Source: Candidatus Omnitrophota bacterium
Lineage (GTDB): Bacteria; Omnitrophota; Gorgyraeia; JABMRN01; RBG-13-46-9
Direction of reading: 5' to 3'
DNA: 64,000 nucleotides
Assembly (NCBI GenBank): GCA_013203315.1
Contig: JABMQJ010000001.1
Coordinates: 32,001 to 96,000 of the forward strand
Each line of letters opens with the position of its first letter. Position 1 is the stretch's first letter. The notes below the pieces were generated by a model that was given only the letters and a program-made list of their open reading frames with translations, had not been told where the DNA came from and did not search any database. Both the position numbers and the translations under genes were made by a program. This document shows, in pieces, positions 26,697-35,333 of the stretch.

Positions 26697-26722
26697 CTTT
26701 CGACCGTTTCAGAATCCGGAAA
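26697..26722. repeat. Cassette-boundary repeat A, rightmost copy
   Basis: CTTTCGACCGTTTCAGAATCCGGAAA. Confidence 0.85.
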
Positions 26723-26754
26723 TTCTTATCAGCTCGTGCATATCTTCCTCCTAT

Positions 26755-27267
26755 CTAATTTTCGGTTACATGCTCGATTACGCTGCTTTTTGCGATGTCA
26801 CCCGGGGATGTAGTGTCTGCTGTCGGGACTTCTGGGACTATGTCGAGCCCGCCGGAGTTGAAAGCCTCGTAGCAGAGCTCCGAACAGAAATAATCTTTAT
26901 CCTTTTGCCACGTATTGGCGATATCTTCAAAGGGGAGTTTAAGCTTTGAGAGAAGTTTTAAAAAACCCAGAAAAAATACGCCAAGGTAGTCATATTTATT
27001 GTTTAACGCGTCTACTAAATACGATATTGTGTTGTTTATATCAAAGCTATGCCCTTCTTTTATTCTATAAACATCATAGCCCTGTTTTATTTTCCTTATA
27101 TCACGGGCCCTTACGCCGCCTTTTGTTATCGCTTCTATCACAAGATTCATTTCCGGGGATACACAAACAGCGACGTGTGAATATTTACTACCAGTTCCCC
27201 ACTGTATGATCTTAGATATCCCGTCTTCTCCTTCAAATAAAAGTATATCGCCGGTTTTCATCTGCAT
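26755..27267 (-). CDS. Permuted papain-like NlpC/P60 (YiiX/YebB-like) hydrolase
   Basis: GDILLF, YSHVAV, YD, YFCSELC, TSPGDI. Confidence 0.85.
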   Translation of the reverse strand: MQMKTGDILLFEGEDGISKIIQWGTGSKYSHVAVCVSPEMNLVIEAITKGGVRARDIRKIKQGYDVYRIKEGHSFDINNTISYLVDALNNKYDYLGVFFLGFLKLLSKLKLPFEDIANTWQKDKDYFCSELCYEAFNSGGLDIVPEVPTADTTSPGDIAKSSVIEHVTEN

Positions 27268-27269
27268 AA

Positions 27270-27935
27270 TTAAAACAATAGTTTTATTTTTGTGCCCAGC
27301 ACGTTATAGCTTATCCAATGCTTGGACTTCTTGCTGAATTGCCAGAGATAAAATACGTCCAGGCTTAAGTTTTTTATGATTTTAAAGTTGGCGCCTGCGT
27401 AGAGCCTGTTTCTGTTTAGTTCGCCCGCATCGAAATCAACAAATACCTCATCAGCTACATACGGCGTAAATTTAAACTGGTCTAGTTCCAGCGGATACCC
27501 CACCGTAAATTTATTTCTATAGCGCCACTTGGTGTTGGAATTTTCGGGCATTCTCCACTCCAACCTACCACGATTACTCAACGAAAAACCATCTGTCTTA
27601 TGTTTAAGCGTGGCATTAAAGTGCGGCCTGTTTTCATATTCCCAACCGTTACTTCCCTCTTCAAAAGCCAAGCGATAGTTAACCCCTACATCGAGCCATT
27701 CGGCGAGACCCGCATACGTTACCCCTACATCAGAATGCTGATAATAAAAATCGCTTACGCCGTCTCCGAACCGAAATTCTTCTTCTACTTTTATTTTCCA
27801 GTCCTCATTTATTTTATATGATATATTTTCCGTGTTCCAATACTGAAAATCACCGTCATCAAAAGCAAAACATGCGCCTGATAAAAACAATATTACAGTT
27901 AAAGCAACAAAGAAAATCTTTCCCCGATTCGACAT
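27270..27935 (-). CDS. DUF2490-like outer membrane beta-barrel protein
   Basis: Signal peptide, E.RF, ENRP, R.R.E.R, NRNRLY.G, C-terminal Phe. Confidence 0.78.
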   Translation of the reverse strand: MSNRGKIFFVALTVILFLSGACFAFDDGDFQYWNTENISYKINEDWKIKVEEEFRFGDGVSDFYYQHSDVGVTYAGLAEWLDVGVNYRLAFEEGSNGWEYENRPHFNATLKHKTDGFSLSNRGRLEWRMPENSNTKWRYRNKFTVGYPLELDQFKFTPYVADEVFVDFDAGELNRNRLYAGANFKIIKNLSLDVFYLWQFSKKSKHWISYNVLGTKIKLLF

Positions 27936-27952
27936 TTTCTCCAGTTTCCTCC

Positions 27953-29170
27953 TTATTTTAGTTCGTATAAAAATACCTTATCGTTACGACGGGCCTTGAA
28001 GGGTAGCTTTATACCCACCCGGTCGCCTTTTTTCGCGGAATCCACGGGGATTTCGTCTTTGTGCATTTCATCTATTTTCGCAACTCTGGCGGGGGTGGTT
28101 TTTCCGCAAATTAATACGTTCTGGCCTTTCTTGATGCCATTATCTATTACAGATACTCCCGCAACATTCACTTTGTTGTAGAAATTAATAACCTTTCCCA
28201 CAAAAAGCTTATTGTAGGCGCTCTGCCCCTTTTTGCTGCCGGTATCATTGGGTTGCGAGAAGAAGAAGCCGTCTGTAAAACCCCTGTTATACGTAAGCGA
28301 GAGCCTAATTTTAAGCGCTTTTTTACTTTTCGGGTCAAGCTTGCCGGCGAAAAAAGAATCTATCGCTTCCCTGTAAACGGCAGTAACCTCCCCCACGTAT
28401 TCGGCCGAACGCATACGGCCTTCTATCTTAAAAGCGCTTATACCGGACTCTATTAGTTTATCAATAAACTCAATAGTGCACAAATCCTTTGTGCTCAACA
28501 CGTAATCGGTACCTAAAACGTAATCGTTTTCTTTATCTCTGGTATCTTTGATTAAAAATGCGCGCCTGCACGGCTGGAGGCACATGCCGCGGTTTGCTGA
28601 TTTTGAAAATGAAGCGTGCGAAAGAAAACATCTGCCGGATATGCTGACGCATAAGGCCCCGTGGATAAAAGTTTCTATTTCACAATCCAATTTTTCTTTC
28701 TTTACATTTTTAATTATTTCTTTTATATCCGAAAGATTGCACTCCCTGGCAAGAACGATTCTTTTTACGCCTTGGGAATGGTAAAATTTGAGCGCGGTGA
28801 AATTGGCGACACTTGCCTGTGTTGAGAGGTGGGTTTTTAGTTTCAGGTCTTTTGCGTATTGTAGTGCCGCCATGTCCCAGAGCATGACAGCGTCAACATT
28901 GGCTTTCTTGGCATTTTCTAAAATTTTCTTTATCTTTTTCATGTCGCTATTATACATGATGGTATTAAGCGCAAGATAACCCTTCTTCCCGTTATCGTGA
29001 AGACGCGACATTACCTTTTTTATTTCGAGCATATCAAAATTAGCGGCCCAGTGCCGCATGTTTAAATTCTTTATGCCGAAATATACGCTATCTGCGCCGG
29101 CTTCTATCGCCGTATTTAAAGCGCACCAATCCCCTGCCGGGGATATTAGTTCCGGTTTTTTGTGCTTCAT
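27953..29170 (-). CDS. Peptidase U32 family (RNA hydroxylation-type) protein
   Basis: PELISPAG, GADSVYFG, ETFIHGALCVSISGRC, NRG.C.QPCR, KIEGR. Confidence 0.92.
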   Translation of the reverse strand: MKHKKPELISPAGDWCALNTAIEAGADSVYFGIKNLNMRHWAANFDMLEIKKVMSRLHDNGKKGYLALNTIMYNSDMKKIKKILENAKKANVDAVMLWDMAALQYAKDLKLKTHLSTQASVANFTALKFYHSQGVKRIVLARECNLSDIKEIIKNVKKEKLDCEIETFIHGALCVSISGRCFLSHASFSKSANRGMCLQPCRRAFLIKDTRDKENDYVLGTDYVLSTKDLCTIEFIDKLIESGISAFKIEGRMRSAEYVGEVTAVYREAIDSFFAGKLDPKSKKALKIRLSLTYNRGFTDGFFFSQPNDTGSKKGQSAYNKLFVGKVINFYNKVNVAGVSVIDNGIKKGQNVLICGKTTPARVAKIDEMHKDEIPVDSAKKGDRVGIKLPFKARRNDKVFLYELK

Positions 29171-29895
29171 TACATGGCTCGGGCGAGGTTATTTAGCTTT
29201 TCGCGTATGAGCTCTCTTAGGCGTGCATAGTCTTCGATTTTGTAAGGCGTTGTATCGATCGGCGGCAGAACGGTGAGTTTGCCGGATACTTTTGTTTTAA
29301 AAACCCAGCTACCCTTGGGGATCGCTTCCCTTGTGCCGCCCATAAAAACAGGAAGAATGGGTTTGCCTTCCCTTATGGCTAGCTTGAAGGCCCCATTCTG
29401 GAATTCGTTCATGTCGTCTGTATCACTGCGTGTGCCTTCCGGGAAAAAGAGTACCGACTTACCTTCCCTTAACTTCTGGGCCGCGGCCCTATACACTTTT
29501 TTAATGCTCGCAAAGTCTCCCCTGTTTAGCAAAATATGGTTATTGACCCTGAGAAGGCCTCCGATAAACGGAACCTTAAGGAGGTTTTTTTTGGCCACCC
29601 ATTTGAATTGCGTGCGTATTTTGTATATTAGGACAATATCGGCAAGACTCTGGTGATTGGCAACTATGACATATGTTTTTTTGTGGTCAATATTCTCTAA
29701 TCCGCTTACCTCCAGATTCCAATAAGGATTTAAGGATACCAAGGCATCCGACCACCAGAAGCACTGCGCGTGGACTATTTTTTCTCGCTTGTCAGGCGGA
29801 AAAGGCATCTTCGACAGGACCCGGCTCACAAAAATCACAGTCGCGGTAAGGATAGTGCCCACGACCCATATCACGATTGATATTATAAATCTCAT
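29170..29895 (-). CDS. plsC: 1-acyl-sn-glycerol-3-phosphate acyltransferase
   Basis: NHQSLAD, FPEGTRS. Confidence 0.88.
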   Translation of the reverse strand: MRFIISIVIWVVGTILTATVIFVSRVLSKMPFPPDKREKIVHAQCFWWSDALVSLNPYWNLEVSGLENIDHKKTYVIVANHQSLADIVLIYKIRTQFKWVAKKNLLKVPFIGGLLRVNNHILLNRGDFASIKKVYRAAAQKLREGKSVLFFPEGTRSDTDDMNEFQNGAFKLAIREGKPILPVFMGGTREAIPKGSWVFKTKVSGKLTVLPPIDTTPYKIEDYARLRELIREKLNNLARAM

Positions 29896-29898
29896 AGG

Positions 29899-30363
29899 TT
29901 ATCTTGATATCTTCAATATCTTATATTTCAGGGTCCCAGCGGGAACCTGAATTTCAACGATTTCCTTTACCTTGTGGCCCAATAGGCCCTTACCTACCGG
30001 GGAAGTTACGGAAATCTTGTTTTGCGCGAAATCTGCCTCTAATTCGGCTACCAGCATATATTCAAGTTCTTCCCCCGAATCCATATCTTTTAGTTTAACT
30101 GTTGCGCCGATAAGCGCCTCGTCTTTGGCAATTTTTGTATCATCGAGTATTTGCGAGCTGGCTAATTTCCCTTCTAATTCGGCGATTCTTTTCTCATTCA
30201 TCCCCTGCGCGTCTTTGGCCGCGTCATATTCGGCGTTTTCGCTTATATCTCCGTGCGCGCGCGCCTCCCCTATCGCCTTGGACAACTTTCGGCGCTTGGT
30301 TGTTTTCAGGGTCTCGAGTTTCTTTCTAAGCTTCTCATATCCTTCGGGCGTTAAATAAGACAT
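29899..30363 (-). CDS. greA: Transcription elongation factor GreA
   Basis: EARAHGDISENAEYDAAK, ISVTSPVGKGL. Confidence 0.95.
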   Translation of the reverse strand: MSYLTPEGYEKLRKKLETLKTTKRRKLSKAIGEARAHGDISENAEYDAAKDAQGMNEKRIAELEGKLASSQILDDTKIAKDEALIGATVKLKDMDSGEELEYMLVAELEADFAQNKISVTSPVGKGLLGHKVKEIVEIQVPAGTLKYKILKISR

Positions 30364-30376
30364 TTTTTCTCCCTTT

Positions 30377-30724
30377 TTATTTTTTTATAAACGCAATTTT
30401 TACGGTAGTATGGGTGTCATCCTGCCAGGGCCAAAACATCGCTATTATAGTACCGTCTTCAAACTCTTTCTTAAAAAGTGTCTGATTATCAAAAACACCG
30501 CCACACTCTTGTGTAATGCGCACGTCTTCTTTTGTGGGTTTTACCTTTGCGGGTTTTGTCGCAGGCCCCAAAATACCGGTAAGCATCTTTTCCCATTTAT
30601 TTATTTCATCGGTAGCTACGACATATTCGCAATATTCGTCGTTTACTGTGCGTTTTTCGAAAATATCAAGCGTCTTAGATTTTTCAATGATTTCTTTTAG
30701 CATGTTATCCGCTTTTTCTGCCAT
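30377..30724 (-). CDS. Conserved hypothetical protein
   Basis: In-operon ORF with GGAG RBS; GGV..NQTL, MFWPWQD. Confidence 0.7.
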   Translation of the reverse strand: MAEKADNMLKEIIEKSKTLDIFEKRTVNDEYCEYVVATDEINKWEKMLTGILGPATKPAKVKPTKEDVRITQECGGVFDNQTLFKKEFEDGTIIAMFWPWQDDTHTTVKIAFIKK

Positions 30725-30742
30725 ATAAAGCGCTCCTCTTGT

Positions 30743-31162
30743 TTACTCGCCGATCAGCTTAACGAGGATGCGTTTCCGGCGGCGTCCGTCAAATTCACCG
30801 TAGAAGATCTGCTCCCACGGCCCGAAATCAAATTTACCTTTAGTAACAGCGACGACTACCTCGCGCCCCATTATGGTTCTTTTAAGATGCGCGTCGGCGT
30901 TGTCTTCGCCGGTAAGATTATGCTTATATTGCGAGATAGGCGCGTGTGGGGCAAGTTTTTCGAGCCACTTTTCAAAATCTGCGTGAAGGCCTTTTTCGTC
31001 ATCGTTTATAAAAACGCTCGCTGTTATGTGCATTGTGTTTACAAGGCACAGGCCTTCTTTTATGCCACTTTTTCGTAGGATCTCTTCAGCCTCGGGGGTT
31101 ATGTTTATAAACTCTCTCTCGTTTTTCGTATTAACCCAAAGGTATTCGGTATGTGTCTTCAT
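30743..31162 (-). CDS. yjbQ: YjbQ / UPF0047 (secondary thiamine-phosphate synthase family)
   Basis: [29 protein letters not shown]. Confidence 0.88.
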   Translation of the reverse strand: MKTHTEYLWVNTKNEREFINITPEAEEILRKSGIKEGLCLVNTMHITASVFINDDEKGLHADFEKWLEKLAPHAPISQYKHNLTGEDNADAHLKRTIMGREVVVAVTKGKFDFGPWEQIFYGEFDGRRRKRILVKLIGE

Positions 31163-31195
31163 GTATACTAATTATACCCCTAAAAATAAATAGCC

Positions 31196-32005
31196 TCAAG
31201 ATTTATCTAAGGTTTCGTCGAACCAATCGAGTATTAACTTTCTTAGCTTATCGGGATAGAATTGAACAAGCCTTTCCGCATGAAGGCCGTTTTCTATTAT
31301 TTCTATTTTTTTGTAAGTCGGCGCCGCATTGTAAAGCGTTTCGGAATGATAGTCTTTAATAATCCAGTCTTTGTCCCCGTGTATGAAAAACATCGGCGTA
31401 CGCTTTACTAAGGTTATCGTATCAATGGGTTTTTTCTTCGGAAGAAAAATGTGATCAACCCTTGCGCCCTTTCCTTCCCATTTACAATCGATATTGTCTT
31501 TTAAATCTGATAGCATCCCGGGTTCCCAGAAGTGAAAGTTCACACCCTTAAAACTCGAGGGACAACTTATCAGTATCATGCTATCCACGTCATCTCTTTC
31601 GGAGACAGCGTTTATTGAGGAAGCGGCGCCCAATGAAAAGGCTAATATGCCTATTTTTTTGTATCCTTCAAGTTTTGCGTAATCCAATATAGCGTTAATA
31701 TCCAAATGTTCCCGGGCCCCCCACGAGTATTTTCCCGTGCTCTTTCCGTGCCCCCTTAAATCAAATATTATGACATCGTGTTCGGACAAGAGTAAATCGA
31801 CGGTCTTCCGCATCCATCGATTTTCCATGCTGTTATAGAACCCCGGGCATACTACAATTACAGAGTCGAATTCATTTTTGTACTGCTCGTAAGCAATTGT
31901 AATATTATCTTCCGTATAAAGCGTGCCGCTTGTGCAGTTCGGGTTACTCTCCGCATACGCACTTAAAGATAACGTTACTATTGCAAGTATAATTATTATC
32001 CGCAT
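31196..32005 (-). CDS. Alpha/beta hydrolase, secreted
   Basis: DLRGHGKS, FSLGA nucleophile elbow, IHGDKD, catalytic His (GLHAE). Confidence 0.88.
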   Translation of the reverse strand: MRIIIILAIVTLSLSAYAESNPNCTSGTLYTEDNITIAYEQYKNEFDSVIVVCPGFYNSMENRWMRKTVDLLLSEHDVIIFDLRGHGKSTGKYSWGAREHLDINAILDYAKLEGYKKIGILAFSLGAASSINAVSERDDVDSMILISCPSSFKGVNFHFWEPGMLSDLKDNIDCKWEGKGARVDHIFLPKKKPIDTITLVKRTPMFFIHGDKDWIIKDYHSETLYNAAPTYKKIEIIENGLHAERLVQFYPDKLRKLILDWFDETLDKS

Positions 32006-32020
32006 CGCTACTCTTGGTTA

Positions 32021-33013
32021 TTAAACCCTTAACGCGTTTAGTTCTTCTTCACCCATGGGTAAGACTTCGGGGTGGCCGGTACTTTTCTCTTTGCAGGTAA
32101 TTTTTAATGGTTGGTTCGGCTCCCCGTCGCTATACCTTGCGACTATACGCCCGGCCTTTAGAATAGAATCTTCGTCAAAAGCGCCTCTCCCGATGCCGGT
32201 CGGGCCGGTTGTATCTAGAGGATAAAAATGAAAATCGTTTTCCTTGGAGAGGCTTGATAGTTTCTTGTTTTCTTCATCGTTTCTGCCTACAATTAATTTG
32301 GCTTTTGTGTTTAGGCGAAAGTGCCTGCCGACTTTGAGAAGCTGCACGTCATTTATAGTGATATCGGGTTTATGTTTTAGCAAATCACGCATTCTCCTGG
32401 CAAAACCCGGATCCGTTAAAAGACATCCGCCCGCGGGACAAGGATAGTCATTGATGCCAAAGTCTTTGGCGAGTTGTATTTGCGGTTTTCTTGAGCGTCC
32501 GCTTATGGATAGGAACTTTTCCCTGTCAACCAGGCCTTCTTTTTCCGGGATGCTGGGCTCCATGAGCTTGGACGAAAGCGGCCTTACGATGAATCCCTTT
32601 AATCCGCTCTCGTTCTCTATGGTTCGCATGGCGTCTTTTCTCTGCGACATCGGGCGTTCTCCCAATACCTCTCCGGTGAAAATAAAAGAAGCGCCCGTTT
32701 GCTTCATGTACTCACCTGCTTTTCTAAATATGAATATGCGGCAGTCAAGGCACGGATTCATGTTGCTGCCGTAGCCGTGCTTGGGATTTTTGACTATCTC
32801 CAAATATTCTTTGGTTATTTCGAAGACCTTAAGAGGAACACCGAGGGTATCAGCTGCTGATTTGCTGGCAAGGCATGTTTTTCCGTGGGCAGTACAGTTG
32901 CAGAATACGGTTAAAAAGTTAAGCGCTTCTACTTCTATGCCCTGTTCCAGCATAAGCTTCGTAGCTAATATGCTGTCTAATCCCCCGGAAAGTAATGCTA
33001 TTGCTTTAGTCAT
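32021..33013 (-). CDS. ThiI/MnmA-like PP-loop tRNA thiolation protein with DUF814-like C-terminus
   Basis: SGGLDS, NPCLDCR, GEVLGERPMSQ, PAGGCLLT, GRHFR. Confidence 0.82.
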   Translation of the reverse strand: MTKAIALLSGGLDSILATKLMLEQGIEVEALNFLTVFCNCTAHGKTCLASKSAADTLGVPLKVFEITKEYLEIVKNPKHGYGSNMNPCLDCRIFIFRKAGEYMKQTGASFIFTGEVLGERPMSQRKDAMRTIENESGLKGFIVRPLSSKLMEPSIPEKEGLVDREKFLSISGRSRKPQIQLAKDFGINDYPCPAGGCLLTDPGFARRMRDLLKHKPDITINDVQLLKVGRHFRLNTKAKLIVGRNDEENKKLSSLSKENDFHFYPLDTTGPTGIGRGAFDEDSILKAGRIVARYSDGEPNQPLKITCKEKSTGHPEVLPMGEEELNALRV

Positions 33014-33025
33014 TTAAAAAAAGTA

Positions 33026-33063
33026 ACAGCGACTATCCTTCATTAATAGAAAAATAGTCGCTG
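33026..33063 (-). terminator. Intrinsic terminator after thi4
   Basis: CAGCGACTAT...ATAGTCGCTG followed by TTACTTTTTTT on the minus strand. Confidence 0.75.
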
Positions 33064-33087
33064 CTCCTTCGTATCTTGTTTATAAGG

Positions 33088-33912
33088 TTACGCTACTGCT
33101 GCTTCCAGTTTGGTAGCTGCCGGTTGCGGTTTGGTGCCGTCTTTTGAAAGCATTTTCATCGCTACCTCAGCCGCTTTTTTACCGGAAAGGAGCATTCCGC
33201 CAAAAGTCGGGCCCATGCGCGGAATTCCGTAAGCAGTGGAAACTGCCATGCCTGCTACGATAAGACCCGGAAAAATCTCGCCTGTTCTTTTCACTACTAA
33301 GTCTTCTGAAGTGTCTGCGTCCATCGGACCGAAAGTGGCCAACTTCAGCATGTGTCTTTTCTCAAGGCTTCTGCATACACAGGCGTCGTGCCCCGTAGCG
33401 TCAATTACAACCTTGGACTCCATGGAAATAGGATCAACGCAGGTGATTTGTCTTGGTAGGGCCGCTACAGGTGTCCAGTTGATAACCGCGCCCTCTACTC
33501 TTTTGTTGCGATATACAACGTCGTCAAACCTTGTCATGTTCAAGATCTTTACGCCGGCGTCGCATGCTGACGCTATGAGTTTTGAGCAGGCGTGCGGGCC
33601 ATCGGCAACTAATAAGCCGTCTTCTCTTTCCCTGTAGGGGATACCGATCTCGTCTAAAACAGTTTCTGCGGGGGATCTAAAGGTTATCGTGTTCATCAGA
33701 TAACCACCTATCCAGAAACCGCCGCCGATATAATTGTTGGCCTCTACTATGAGGGTCTTAACACCCTGTCTCGAAAGGTCCCTTCCGGCTACAAGGCCAC
33801 TTGGGCCTCCACCAACTATGATTACGTCGGAAATTATGTAGTCCTCGAACCATTTCGTGAATTCACTTACGATTGCTTTACTTATTTGCGCTTCACTTAC
33901 TTTTTTAAACAT
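33088..33912 (-). CDS. thi4: Thi4-family adenosine diphosphate thiazole synthase
   Basis: GGGPSGL, GGGFWIGG, TCVDP, DATGHD, PRMGPTFGGMLLSG; promoter TTGACA-17-TGTAAT at about 33933-33961. Confidence 0.92.
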   Translation of the reverse strand: MFKKVSEAQISKAIVSEFTKWFEDYIISDVIIVGGGPSGLVAGRDLSRQGVKTLIVEANNYIGGGFWIGGYLMNTITFRSPAETVLDEIGIPYREREDGLLVADGPHACSKLIASACDAGVKILNMTRFDDVVYRNKRVEGAVINWTPVAALPRQITCVDPISMESKVVIDATGHDACVCRSLEKRHMLKLATFGPMDADTSEDLVVKRTGEIFPGLIVAGMAVSTAYGIPRMGPTFGGMLLSGKKAAEVAMKMLSKDGTKPQPAATKLEAAVA

Positions 33913-33996
33913 ACGTACCTCCTTTTTATTATATTACACCACAGACGTGTTTACATGTCAATGATATTTCTAGAGATCCGGTTCTATTTTTTTGTA

Positions 33997-34236
33997 TTAC
34001 TCTACTATGTCTCCCAGGAGCGACTCAACCTTTATGCCTTGCCCGGTAAGATACTTGATGCCTTTTTCGAGATTTTCCTTCGTGCCCTCCAATTCGAGCG
34101 TTACCTCACCTACTGTTTCGGTTACCTTTGCCCTCCTGATGTTGGGAATTACATCGTATTTTTTGGCCATTGTAAAAATAGCAGGCTCTTTAATGAGTTT
34201 CTGCGGGAATATTAAATGCACCATTTTCTTTGGCAT
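33997..34236 (-). CDS. Stand-alone NIL domain protein
   Basis: FPQKLIKEPAI....YDV.PNIRRA.V...G...LELEG. Confidence 0.85.
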   Translation of the reverse strand: MPKKMVHLIFPQKLIKEPAIFTMAKKYDVIPNIRRAKVTETVGEVTLELEGTKENLEKGIKYLTGQGIKVESLLGDIVE

Positions 34237-34238
34237 AA

Positions 34239-35054
34239 TTACTCCTCCTTTTTCTTTTTTATACTGCAGAACTGTTCATAATCTATTAGCTTAGTTACCG
34301 TAGGTTTTTCGCCGCAAATCGGGCACTTTGGGTCTTTTGGGACCTTTACCTGGCGAAAGCTGGAGTCCAGCGCATTAAACACAAGGAGTTTTCCGGCTAA
34401 AAGATCACCTATGTTTAAAATGTATTTAAGGACCTCGTTTGCCTGGATTACACCGATTGCACCTGCAACTGCGCCGAGGATCCCTGCTTCCTGACAGCTT
34501 GGCACAAACCCCGGAGGCGGCGGTTCGGGAAATAGGCATCTGTAGCATGCGCTTTTGCCCGGTAAAATTGTTATCGCCTGGCCGTCAAACCTGAATATTC
34601 CTCCGTGGGAGAGTGGTTTCTTTTCCAGAACGCATGCATCGTTTACCAAATATCGCGTAGGAAAATTGTCCGATCCGTCTACAACGATGTCGTATTCTTT
34701 TATAACATCGGTTATATTCTTTGACGTGAGACGCATGTTTAACGCTTTTACTTTGACATCCGGATTTATGGCGTTTAATCTTTGTTTGGCAGATTCAACT
34801 TTTGCGACACCTACGGTATTCGTATCGTGCACAATTTGTCTCTGCAAATTGTTGAGCTCTACTTTATCCGAATCTACGATACCGATCGTGCCGATACCGG
34901 CTGAGGCCAGATATAAAGCGCATGGCGAGCCTAAGCCACCTGCGCCTATTATGAGAACTTTGCCTCCGAGAAGTTTTTCCTGGCCCTTTCCGCCGACTCT
35001 AGGCAATATAATTTGCCTTGAATAACGTTCTATCTGATCTTCTTTTAGGCTCAT
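34239..35054 (-). CDS. moeB: MoeB/ThiF (E1-like) sulfur-carrier adenylyltransferase
   Basis: RYSRQ, GAGGLGS, NLQRQ, DNFPTRY, CYRC, SCQEAG, CPIC. Confidence 0.9.
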   Translation of the reverse strand: MSLKEDQIERYSRQIILPRVGGKGQEKLLGGKVLIIGAGGLGSPCALYLASAGIGTIGIVDSDKVELNNLQRQIVHDTNTVGVAKVESAKQRLNAINPDVKVKALNMRLTSKNITDVIKEYDIVVDGSDNFPTRYLVNDACVLEKKPLSHGGIFRFDGQAITILPGKSACYRCLFPEPPPPGFVPSCQEAGILGAVAGAIGVIQANEVLKYILNIGDLLAGKLLVFNALDSSFRQVKVPKDPKCPICGEKPTVTKLIDYEQFCSIKKKKEE

Positions 35055-35332
35055 CGACTTCCACCTGCTATTGCCGGAATTATCGAAACTTCGTCCCCGT
35101 CTTTTAAGGGTGTGGCGTCCTGTTTTAAGAAACGCACATCCTCCTCATTTACGTAGATATTTATAAATCTGCGAACCTTACCTTGGTCGTCACAGATCCT
35201 CTCTTTTATCCCGGGAAAATCTTTTTCCAGGTTCTCGATTAACTCCCCTACATTTTTACCGTTTACCTCTACTTCGGCCCTGTTGCCGGTAAGTTTTTGT
35301 AACGGTGTCGGAACTCTTACTTTTACTGCCAT
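35051..35332 (-). CDS. MoaD/CysO ubiquitin-like sulfur carrier with C-terminal extension (GG-SR)
   Basis: [12 protein letters not shown]...[16 protein letters not shown]; start moved to MAVKV. Confidence 0.9.
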   Translation of the reverse strand: MAVKVRVPTPLQKLTGNRAEVEVNGKNVGELIENLEKDFPGIKERICDDQGKVRRFINIYVNEEDVRFLKQDATPLKDGDEVSIIPAIAGGSR

Positions 35333-35333
35333 C

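Noticed and set aside
15000-26722. Repeat A as a CRISPR array
   Set aside because: Intervals are irregular (hundreds to thousands of bp) and contain whole genes, the repeats are degenerate, and there are no cas genes.
15000-26722. Repeat A/B as classical integron attC sites
   Set aside because: There are no RYYYAAC...GTTRRRY ends (GTTCAGA does not fit), no long attC-style imperfect stem and no intI in the window.
15000-26722. Repeat A as simply an ECF promoter or a tRNA-end att duplication
   Set aside because: The would-be spacer is the most conserved part and the spacing is short for an ECF promoter. Some genes have separate sigma70 promoters, and there is no T-arm or CCA resemblance. A transcription-factor site is not fully excluded.
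33913-33996. TPP riboswitch upstream of thi4
   Set aside because: The promoter lies about 20 nt before the start codon, and there is no CTGAGA core.
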